Origin: Guillardia theta CCMP2712
Lineage: Eukaryota; Protista; Cryptophyta
Reading direction: 5' to 3'
Assembly: GCF_000315625.1 (NCBI RefSeq)
Contig: NW_005434645.1
Span: forward strand, 155,247 to 215,410
Length of the DNA: 60,164 nt
A program made the position numbers and the translations under genes. The notes under the pieces are model-generated. The model ran no database searches, had not been told where the DNA came from, and saw only the letters and a program-made list of their open reading frames with translations. Of this stretch, positions 51,201-60,164 are shown piece after piece. Position 1 is the first letter of the stretch. Each line of letters starts with the position of its first letter.

Positions 51201-51915
51201 GCATCGATACATCGCCGTCAAACACTTGCGGGTCGTGTGGCTCCAGCACCGCTACCTCAGCTCCCTCATACCTCGCATGGTATACCACTGCGAAGCCTCC
51301 CGTGCCGAGGATCCGCTTCGGCTTCCCTCGACCAGATGTCTCCACCTGAAGCTTCGAAGGGTCGAGCGCCCATGCTTGCTCCTCTGCCTGACTTACATCT
51401 CCATCTACAGCTGCTTTCATCTTGCTGTAAGTGGGATTGTTTCCAAACATGAGCTTTTCTACCTCCTCTCCCTCCTCCCCAGCAACATACCCAGCAAGAG
51501 CACGCATGAGCCTTTGCACTACTGAGAAAACTTCCGACCTCTTGCCTGCTAGCTCAGCCTCAAGCTTGCTCGTGCTTCCAAGCAAACGATCTAAGGGAAG
51601 AGGCTCGCCCGAACGGGTCTTGCCTTTCTTCTGGATGAACACACGCAGGGCGGATAGGATGCAGCAAAGCTCATTGATGGCAACATCAACGAGGCCCTTG
51701 ACCTCCTTGTCGAGTTGTTGGTACTCTTGACGGAGCAGAGGGTCAACAATCTCCTTCACTTCGATCGCAAGATCGCGGAGCTCCTTCTGGTTGTTGGACA
51801 CCACGTGCGCCTCTTGCCACAGGCTGACCAGGTTTGATCGTATCAATACAAGAACATCTGACATGTCGGATAACCTGGGAAAAGATATCAGATATCGATC
51901 GAAGGAGCTCAACAT
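48217..51915 (-). CDS. MLKL-like four-helix bundle + pseudokinase + ~16 WD40 repeats (intronless, 1232 aa)
   Basis: N-terminal helical region (aa ~18-140) patterned like MLKL-NTD/HeLo. Kinase fold with GTGGFAVVY, but VAVL for VAxK, HGDLQPKN, and KLVGFELHKT for DFG. Then 1 + 8 near-identical + 7 divergent WD40 repeats (GH..VT.VAWS.DG..LASGS.D.TVRVWE). Confidence 0.85.
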   Translation of the reverse strand: MLSSFDRYLISFPRLSDMSDVLVLIRSNLVSLWQEAHVVSNNQKELRDLAIEVKEIVDPLLRQEYQQLDKEVKGLVDVAINELCCILSALRVFIQKKGKTRSGEPLPLDRLLGSTSKLEAELAGKRSEVFSVVQRLMRALAGYVAGEEGEEVEKLMFGNNPTYSKMKAAVDGDVSQAEEQAWALDPSKLQVETSGRGKPKRILGTGGFAVVYHARYEGAEVAVLEPHDPQVFDGDVSMRKEFLRETKLLFSMSHLNVVRLVGAILSDEHGDPWYLLLTEMQQQPLDRFVDLILKPADASEQEARGRAVIQGLANGLAYLHLLGMVHGDLQPKNVMVEADDMAKLVGFELHKTRQLIARATGSVKQGDLCWMSPKQRTGGTASFASDVYSLGLVMMYVMTREKPPASREEQAEVLKGLPGDQVWKQLSLCCLDYDELTRPTAAAVAISLLVDRNQMLPPLPPRTSAGECLSDSEDVLTVKVDQARVETSINRHLHSRVNPVLTSSPFAREDASVYTTWGEIRCFTDHTSKIKNVMVSPKLEVIAALTDDAALRTWEPSSGNEVRCFKGQGRSITLLASISLNVSGSYQYCIVAGSSDGTVRAWEASSGQQVWCFKGQGSSITCLSSISLNVSGRYQYCIFAGSSDGTVRACEASSGNEVWCFKGQGSSITCLALTSLNVSGSNQYCIVAGSSDGTVRACEASSGNEVWCFKGQGSSITCLALTSLNVSGSNQDWIVAGSSDGTVRAWEPSSGQQVWCFKGQGSSITCLASISLNVSGSYQDWIVAGSSDGTVRAWEASSGNEVRCFKGQGRSITCLALTSLYVSGRYQYRIVAGSSDGTVRAWEASSGNEVWCFKGQGRSITCLALTSLNVSESFQYRIVAGSSDGTVRAWEPSSGQQVWCFKGQGSSITCLALTNVSGRYQDWMVAGSSDGTVRAWEASSGNEVWCTEEDENSIISVMWSEEGGMMIAAGASDFTVRAWEEPGGKEIGHFEGNVSVVRKVAWSKDGKLIAALSWDSSVRVWERSSCKQIRCLQGHRLTRIAWSNDGSMLATHTSEGQVSVCDMSSGEMLRCFEEHLVIVTDATWSQDDKLLAAGSSDFTVRVWEVRSSKQWRWLKGHQDQVTGVAWSRDGSMLASRSEDKTVRVWEMSSGRRVSCCTGHEGSVTCLAWTRDGSFLASGSSDCTVRVWEARSGKEIKCFRGHTKSVTDVAWSEDGSMLVSGSDDTTVLVWGSL
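49080..50258. repeat. Eight ~144-bp (48-aa) high-identity WD40-coding tandem repeats
   Basis: Unit VWCFKGQGSSITCLALTSLNVSGSNQYCIVAGSSDGTVRAWEASSGNE repeats with limited substitutions; the last unit lacks 2 aa. Confidence 0.95.
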
Positions 51916-52142
51916 GAGGTTAACAGGAATGAATGCTCGTCGAATAGCAGATTAAAGGGTTTGCCTCAAATACTATTCACTCCTGAGCAGCTACGTATAC
52001 CTCTCTTCGTGGGAAAATATTCTTTTCAAATCAAGATCAGGAAATGATTTGTCCTACTCTTCTCTCCCCGATCTTATGATCTTTGCTCTCTTCTAGAAAT
52101 ACTACTATACTCTGATGTACATAAATATTCCGGTGAGTCGTA

Positions 52143-52822
52143 TAGTCTTGTAGTCTTGTAGTCTTGTAGTCTTGTAGTCTTGTAGTCTTGTAGTCGTGTA
52201 GTCGTGTAGTCTTGTAGTCGTGTAGTCGTGTAGTCTTGTAGTCTTGTAGTCGTGTAGTCGTGTAGTCGTGTAGTCGTGTAGTCTCCTGGTCATGTAGTCG
52301 TGTAGTCGTGTAGTCGTGTAGTCTTGTAGTCTTGTAGTCTTGTAGTCTTGTAGTCGTGTAGTCTCCTGGTCATGTAGTCGTGTAGTCGTGTAGTCTTGTA
52401 GTCTTGTAGTCGTGTAGTCGTGTAGTCTTGTAGTCTTGTAGTCTTGTAGTCTTGTAGTCGTGTAGTCTCCTGGTCATGTAGTCGTGTAGTCTTGTAGTCT
52501 TGTAGTCGTGTAGTCTTGTAGTCTTGTAGTCTTGTAGTCTCCTGGTCATGTAGTCTTGTAGTCTTGTAGTCTTGTAGTCGTGTAGTCGTGTAGTCTTGTA
52601 GTCTTGTAGTCTCCTGGTCATGTAGACTTGTAGTCGTGTAGTCTCCTGGTCATGTAGTCGTGTAGTCTTGTAGTCTTGTAGTCGTGTAGTCTTGTAGTCG
52701 TGTAGTCTTGTAGTCTTGTAGTCTTGTAGTCTCCTGGTCATGTAGTCTTGTAGTCTTGTAGTCTTGTAGTCTCCTGGTCATGTAGACTTGTAGTCTTGTA
52801 GTCTTGTAGTCTTGTAGTCTTG
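52143..52822. repeat. 8-bp minisatellite (TAGTCTTG/TAGTCGTG with TAGTCTCCTGGTCATG variants)
   Basis: ~680 bp of tandem octamers; the 16-nt variant keeps the 8-bp register. Confidence 0.95.
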
Positions 52823-54302
52823 TATGTTGCGAGGTAGCTTCATGCTTGACCGAGCTCTCCTTCCAAAAGCTGCAGCCGCGGTGATCCACTCCTACTCCAC
52901 CCCTCCAGTATATCCTAAACACCCCCCCCCGCTCCCCCCCCCCCTCCCTTGTATACCAGATCCACCCCTCCGACAGATTGGGCCTATCTCGGTGACTGTG
53001 CCTCATGCCGGTTCAATGCAGCGAGTGCGAGGTGCTGCAGCTGCTGATGCTCCCGCGCCTTCACCTGCTTGTGCGACAGGTGTACATCGAGAGAGGAACG
53101 AGCGACTCGTCGAAATGCGTAAGCCTTGTGCTGTCGCTTCTTGTGCAGCTGACTTGAGCGAGGAGGCGGTGAGCATGTCTTGAATCGACCATTGTTGGGT
53201 TCTTTCCTTGAACTCTGGTTGGGTTAACGAGCATGACTGACTGAATGTACTGACAGTATGTGAGTTACTTGGACGAGCATGAGCAACTTGCCTGTCCCTC
53301 ACTCTCACCCGTTGTCGCATGTACGCACTCGACCTCTCGGCTTCATTCGGTTTCCAGCGGGTAAACATGACGAAGAGGAGGCGGAGAGGAGGTGGGATGG
53401 GGTGGAGGGGGAGGAGAGGAGAGGAGAGGAGAGGAGACACTTACTACATGCTGGTTATCGTTATCGGTATATGCGTGTGGCGGACTCGCGTGGCTGTTGG
53501 GGCTGGTAGTGGGTGAGTGAGAGGGAGGAAGGAAGAGGAGGCGAGGGCTGACTGAAGACTTCGATGCCGCATGGAACAATTGTTGGACTGTGAACCGAGA
53601 AGGCGGTGAGATGAGAAACAATCGCTATTTGGAGCTCTGACGAAAGTTGTTGATATGGGTGTTTCGGATTCTGAATGATTCGTTGAGGAAATGCAGCGGG
53701 TGAGTTGAAACAGTCAGTTACAAGCCAATGAGATGAGACTGACACATGATCTGCTGTTTCGAACTTGTGATCCGGTGGACATGTTTCGAACAGAACGTGA
53801 GTGCTAGAATTAGAGACGTTGATTCATTCATCGCAAAGATGCTGACCCGAACTTTGATTCTTTCATGTCACTTGGGGGAATGCGTTTGGGATCGGGACGA
53901 CAACAGCTGGTGAGAATGCGAGAGGAAGAGGAGCCGATCGTCAAGAGTCTGAAGTGATTGCTCTGGTACTTGCTGTCATGGGATCGCGGGGACTGCGGGG
54001 CGAAAGCGAGTGAGGATTCCACAAGAGAGGGGAGAAGAGACTGACGGATCGACCTTTCTGACATGCGATACCTTGACGGATGGATGCTTCGGATGCCTCG
54101 ACAGGAAGTCAGTTACATGTGCTTGTGGTTGTGATGGGGTTGGGGAAGGGGGGGTGGGAGGGGGGGCACACAGAGTCAGAGAGACACTGGGTGCAGTCGG
54201 GAAGGAGGATGTGGGGATTGAGGAGGATGCTCTGAAACGAAGCCTCACTGACTGATTGTTCCTCATGTATCGCTTGTAATCGCAATGGGTGCTTGTCGAC
54301 AG

Positions 54303-57300
54303 GCGGTATTTGCATCTGTGTGGCTTGATAGGAGGGATGAATGACTCGCGTCTGTTGTATCAAATGGTGATTTCTTACGGATCATTCGGTAACGTCACTT
54401 ACAGCGGGTACATGGCCGATCTTTAACTTGTCCTGCTTCTGACTAGTTTTCTTTGTTTTTTCCTTGTTCTTGACATGACAGTGTTGTGTAAGTTCTATCT
54501 CCAAGGAATCTTCATTTTCAATGACGAAACAAATTGCATACTCGAGAGACTGTCGCTGAGATGTTATCTTTCAGAATGTGAGTCCACACACTTGTCCCGA
54601 TTGCCTTTAGTCCCAGTCCGTGACAAGATGTGTTTCAGTGCCTCAAGATAAGCGGATGGCCCGATTATGATGAGGTGAATCGAGAGCGAAGGTGATGTCT
54701 AAAGCAACTGAACAACATGTGTGTTGTAGGATGGGTGTGAGTTGTGCAAGCAACGACGGGAGATAGAGTCGAAGCAACAAGATTTTTGGGAGAAGGAGAA
54801 GCAGAAGAAGGAGGAGCGAGAGGAGCGAGATCGATTGAAGAACCTAGACAGGTGCTGCACAATACGGCGAGCCGTGCAACTGGCGACTCGTCATTGGAGA
54901 ACAGCTGAGAGCAAAGGCGGGTACACACTGCAGCTGGATGAAGTGACCGCAAGGTTCTGCTGCCAAGAGTTCGAAGTTGGACAGGACGCTCACGACCTTG
55001 TGCTTGCATTGATCGACCACCTGAAAGGCGAGGAGCATGAGGCGTACAGTCATGTGCGCATGGCTTGGCAGCACGTGAGGTCGCAGGAGAACAGACATGT
55101 CGCCATGCAAGCTGAAGTGATGAGATGTGTGAGCGAAGAGAGCGAGGAAAGAGGAGGATCACTGAGCGAAGTCATCAAGAAGCGCGACAATGCCCGGCAG
55201 GAGCTGATAAGAGCATACCATCAGCTCGTAGAGACTCTGACTGAACAACGTCAGGAGACTTTGAAAGTTTTCGCGACAAGTCTCGAGCAGTTCGCCTGTT
55301 CAGCAGGCAATCTGCTGGACTACCTGAGACGAGGCGGATCTGTTGCCTTGCCGGGCCCCGATGAGCCAGAGGACGGGCTTGCAAGTCAGTCGTCGCTCTC
55401 GTCTGAGCATCTCCGAACGCAGGCAGAAGGAGCGACATCCAGAGTTTCTCAGTGGGTTCAGGGTGTTTGTGCAAGGTTGACCGCGGCGAGACAGGAGCGA
55501 GAGGAACAAGCTCAAGTCTACGCTGAGGGACTTCGGCGACTCTCATGCTTGTTGGACGGAAGTGACTCAGATCTCAGTGTCGAGGAAGCAACGAAGCTCG
55601 AGCGCTCACTCCCGGAGGTGCACATGGCGCTGGAGAGCATGTACCTGTCCGAAGAGGAAGTCTGGTCTGACCAGTCGCTGATCCACTCGTTTCCCATGCG
55701 CGACCTCGTGGAAGTGCTGCAGATGTCTTGTGCATGGGGACAGGAGGTGCTGTTCAACTTAGATCAGATGTGCAAGGTTGAAAGCGTCAAGGCCAAGGTG
55801 GTTGAACTCGAGGGCCTGCATGACCCTGAGGAGCTTCTCGAAAGGCGCACGGAGCTCAAGAAGGCAAGAGACGATGCGGAAGACGAGCTGCTGGACCTGC
55901 GGACTCCCCTGGAAAAGCTGCAGAGGAGAAGGCTTTCAACTCAGGAGCTTGAAGAGAAGATTGAGAAGGTGAGAAAGCAGCTGCTACTTGCCGTGAAGGA
56001 GCTAGAGGTTCAAGAAGATCGCCTATGGAGGCTTCTTCACTTCTACCCCGAGTACACGAGGCACCTCAAGGAGGCAGTGGAAGGAGAGAGCGTCGGATTG
56101 CCCGCAAGCTACGAGAAGTTTGACATGTTCGAGGTGGTCGAACGGTTGTCGCAAGCCGGGCACATGGGCAACCGTCACAATGTGTTCCGAGTGAGGCAGG
56201 GGGAGGAGGAGTTTGTGATCAAGGAGTACAGCCTGATGGAGGGGCAGCGAACGCGGAAGCGCTTCATGCTAGAAGCGAGCATTCTGCATCGCCTGGAGCA
56301 CCCTTACCTAGTCAGACTTAGCAGCGCGTTCGTGGAGGAGAGGCACGAGCATGGTGTTATGACCGTGAAGGGGTACCTTAAGATGCCCTTGTACGTCGGT
56401 GGGAGCCTGTGGAGCTGGATGCTGCGAGCGAAGCCGAGCAAGCAGCAGAAGCATCGGGTGCTGGCGCAGATCTTGCAGGGGATGGAGCATCTGCGACAGA
56501 ACCGGATCATCCACTGCGACATCAAGCCAGCAAACATCCTCATGACCAGCAATCACGAGCGAGCAGAGCCCAAGATTGCCGACTTCGACGTCTCGAGGGA
56601 GCAGGAGGACCACACGAGGGACTTGATCGCGACAGTGACGGCTACACAAGTTGTTGGGACGCTCACGTACATGGCACCAGAGCTGGTGGACCCGACCATG
56701 GCCAAGCGGAGAGCGTCACACAAGTCAGACATGTACTCATACGGGTTGGTGGTGGCAGAGTTCCTGACGGAGACAGCGCGACAGGAGGGGACGCGAGACA
56801 TGAGAGGAATGATTGGAGCGCTTGAGGACGAGGCTCGAGACCTCGTGGTCAAGCTGCTCGACGCCGATCCTCGCATGAGACCGTCTGCAGCTGAGGCCCT
56901 CACTCACCCGTATTTCAATCACTCCATGATCCTGGAGCGAGAGCAGGTCGAGAAGCAGCGCAAGGAGTTGCGAGAGCAGCATGACTCGGAGCTGGCAAAG
57001 GTCTTGAGCCAGCAGGAAGAGCTGGCGAGGCAGGAGAGGGAGGTCGACCTACAGAGGCAGCGGGTGCATGAGGAGGAGAAACAGCTGCTGCACCAGCAGA
57101 GGCAGCTGATGGCGCGAGGAGAGCAACTCGAATCTGAGGCCTTGTCAAGAAAGCTGCAGCTGCAGAAGGAAAAGGCTGAGATCACTCAGAAAGAAAACCA
57201 GCTGAGGAGTCAGCAGAAGAAGCTTGTGTCAGAGCTCAAGACTCTCAGTAGACAAGAGGCAGAGCTCGATCTTAAGGCAAAGGACGTCGAAGCTGAGAAA

Positions 57301-58077
57301 CTGCTGCTCGCAGACGATCGCGCGCAGTTCCATCCTCCCGTGTACTGGCAGCGGGTCAACCTGCATGGCCCCGTCAGTGTGAGGGTGAAGGTGGACGTGA
57401 CGCGGGAGTGGAAAGATAGGGTGCAAGAGCTGATGACGTCCACGTGTATCCAGCAGTACATCGGGCAGGGCAGAGACAACCAGGGCCTGACGCATAAGGG
57501 ATACAGGGTAGAGCGAGTGTTCCACATCCAAGACCGCAGCCTCTGGTTACCCTTCGCTGTCCAGCGCAAGAATGCCAGCCGATGGATCATGGAGTCGAGG
57601 AGGAGCCGTCCTAAGACCAAGGTGAGTACATGGCGAGACTGGATGAAGCGCGAGCTGCTCCAAGACAAGACGAGCAACGAGGTCTTTCTCTTCCACGGCA
57701 CTCGGCAGAACGTGGTTGACGCTATCCTGTCCTGCGGGCTCGACGAACGAGTCTGCAGCATGGGAGGCTTGTTCGGAGCTGGCATCTACCTCGCCGAGAA
57801 CTCCAGCAAGAGCGACGAGTACTGCGTGCCGGATGCCCGAGGCATCTGCTCCATGTTCCTCGTCCGGGCAGTGCTGGGCATGCCTTATGAAGCCGAGCAT
57901 CCGATGCCCAACACAAGGCTTCCTCCTGCGAGCGCGGACTCCCGTCCTCACGACTCGGTCATAGGAGTCACCCGCAGCACTCACCCGTCCGCCTTCCTGC
58001 ACAAGTACCGAGAGTTCATCGTCTACGACAGGCGGCAGACGTACCCCGAGTTTCTGATCGAGTTTAGGAGAGTGTGA
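54303..58077 (+). CDS. Coiled-coil Ser/Thr protein kinase fused to a tankyrase-like PARP catalytic domain (main exon 54730-58077; short 5' exons; start codon not found)
   Basis: Kinase motifs [62 protein letters not shown] motifs [51 protein letters not shown] (H-Y-E triad). Confidence 0.9.
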
Positions 58078-59056
58078 GGCAGGGATGAGACTCGTGGTGG
58101 GGTGAAGGGGCCCGGACAGCTTGCGCGAGGTAACAACAGGGAGCCAAGGGGCTACGATAAGTTGTTTGATTGTAATCGACATGTTACCTACTGTGCATCT
58201 GTGAAATCATTCACCCTGCCTCTCTCCTCCTGTTGGTGAACCAGTCAATCCACTGAGGATCCAGCGCGGCGACATCCGTATAGCGGCATGCGCTCTTGAA
58301 CACGAGAAAGGAGCGAGCCTGAGAGAAAAGACAAACGACAGTGAGCACTGCTGTCCCCCAAGCAGAGGCGGCCACGCGCGGCCGGACCACGGGGCCCAGT
58401 AACCGCCGCAGTGGGCCCGGGGCCCGGCCGGCAGCGGCTGAGCCTGGCAGCGGGGCCCGCTCCGAGTCGCCGGGTCGGCGGGCCTTGGCCTTTGTTAGTA
58501 GCAGCAAAGATTCACCCGATAATGTGGGGGGATATGCATGGAACCTGTCATGGCAGGGGAGGATGCGAGCAACCGGCGATGGTGATGATGCGGACAGCAA
58601 GAGGCAATGAGCCTGCAGCGGCAGGGAGATGAGATGAGCGCGATGAGGTTGAGCTTGTGAATTCCTCGAAGATGAGGGATCTTGATGAGAATCGTCCACA
58701 GGATCACGCGGATCAGAGCGCAGGGGGAGGGGAAAGGGAGTCGGCACGGAGGAGGGCGTTTGGTGGTCTAGCGAGCGAGATGCAGAGGAGAAGCCCATGT
58801 TAGCTTCTGATCATAATCTTGAAGCAACTTCCAGCGGGAAGGTGCAGCTTCCGCTGCTGCTGCGATGTTACAGTTGGAACCCGGTGCAAGGCCACAGCAG
58901 CTTGGCGGGACTGGATGCCGCAAGCAGAACAATCAGGGGCGGATGCTATCAGAAAGAAATACTACATGTTACTCTGAGCCAGTCGACCTCGATAGTACGT
59001 GAGCGCACCGTCTGCATTCAATAGCTCTTGCATTAGTCGATCGTGCGCCTTTATCC

Positions 59057-60164
59057 ATGTCAGCGCCCAAGACCATCGCGCTCTCCCTCTTGATAGTCCT
59101 TCACCGATGTTACAGCTTACCCTGCTCTCCACTTGGCTGTCGTCCTACCCTTGCAAGATGTTCTTCCTCCCATCGAGTCAAGTCAAGCTGCAGCGCGCAG
59201 GGGAGAAGCCATGTGCGGCTGCTCTTCTCCCACCTTCGTGGAGGGAATCAAACCGAGGAGCAGGAAGCAGAGGAGAACTCCAAGATCAACTACTCGAAGC
59301 TTGTGAGGCAGGCGCTCCCATGCTTGTGGCCGCAGGGACTCTTCCTCCAGCTCCGCGTTGTCCTCTGCGTCTGCGCGCTTGCGATCTCACGAATGGCGAA
59401 CATAGCCATTCCTCTCATCTACAAACGAGCGGTGGACCTGTTGGCTGAGTTCACCAAGGAGGGAACGCAGAGGAGCTTCTCCCCTACGAGCTTCTCCTCT
59501 CTCCCTCCCTTCACCCGGCAGGTCTCCTGCTACATCGTCGCCTACGTGGCCCTTAAGAGCTACATGGGCCTGCAGACTGACCTCAGAAACCTGATCTTCA
59601 CCCCCGTCGCCCAGCACACGCGCGAGAGGATCCAGCTCGCGGTGCTGGGGCACCTTCACGCCCTCTCTCACCGGTACCACCTGACGAGGAAGACAGGCGC
59701 GACGATCCATGTGAGGAGCTCTTCCCCTCTGGTGGGTTACAGGGCTTCTCCTGACGTACCTATGGCAGGTGATCGAGAGCGGGACCAGTAGCCTCCAGGT
59801 CTTGCTCTTGCTCTTTCCGGGTGTTGCGGGCCTGAACTTTGCAGCGCAGACGCTGCTGTCTCTGTCCGCCTTCCACGTCCTGCCGTCCCTGGTGGACGTT
59901 GCGCTTTGTGTGATAGTCTTCTCCTTGAGAAACCAGGCGAGGCCTCATTTTGCCCTCCTCGTCGCTAGATGCATGCTTGCTGCTGCTGCTGCTGCTGCTG
60001 CTTGTGATACTGATCCTGCCCGCTACAACCATCAACTTCTCTTTCTGATGAGTATCCCTGCCCTCTCCTCCATTCTTCTACATCAACAGGGAAGACTGGC
60101 CTTTGTCACCTCCATCACCGTCATCATATGCATGATTGTGACGTCAGTCGTGTCGGAGTGGAGG
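59057..60164 (+). CDS. ABC half-transporter, ABCB6/HMT1/ATM1-like, with N-terminal leader (runs off the window)
   Basis: LWPQG..LQLRVVLCVCAL..ANIAIPLIYKRAVD, DLRNLIFTPVAQ, LGHLHALSHRYHLTRKTG, (V)IESGTSSL match the TMD of this subfamily. The NBD is outside the window. Confidence 0.85.

Noticed and set aside
48217-51915. Calling this gene an NLR (NACHT/NB-ARC-WD40)
   Set aside because: No Walker A/B or STAND domain is visible; the central domain is a pseudokinase.
52105-53006. ORFs of repeating TTRLQDYK/TTRLHDY, and a possible CRISPR or telomere reading
   Set aside because: They are translations of the 8-bp minisatellite. There are no unique spacers, no cas genes, and the array is internal and unlike a telomeric unit.

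Overview
Eukaryotic nuclear DNA, GC-rich, with many short GT-AG introns, dense microsatellites and eight N-gaps. The style and an LRGG-ending bipartite leader suggest a cryptophyte such as Guillardia theta (inference). Genes I can support: DIS3/RRP44 exosome nuclease, an LSMT-type SET methyltransferase, a SPRY x2/coiled-coil gene with ~768-bp exon-intron tandem repeats, a divergent SCC3/STAG-like gene, a fused DUF1538 x2 membrane protein with EF-hands, a small GPI-type surface protein, an ankyrin/zinc-finger gene, an ABCB6/HMT1-like half transporter, and several hypothetical genes. The highlight is a head-to-head pair at 48.2-58.1 kb. One gene is an intronless MLKL-like protein (four-helix bundle + GFE-type pseudokinase) fused to ~16 WD40 repeats, 8 of them near-identical and shuffled. 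The other is an apparently active kinase fused to a tankyrase-like PARP domain, with 5' microexons that appear to build a CxxC-x13-CxxC motif. An 8-bp minisatellite lies between them. Together they are a candidate algal innate-immunity/regulated-cell-death module. All exon structures and domain calls were made by eye and need RNA-seq/HMM confirmation.
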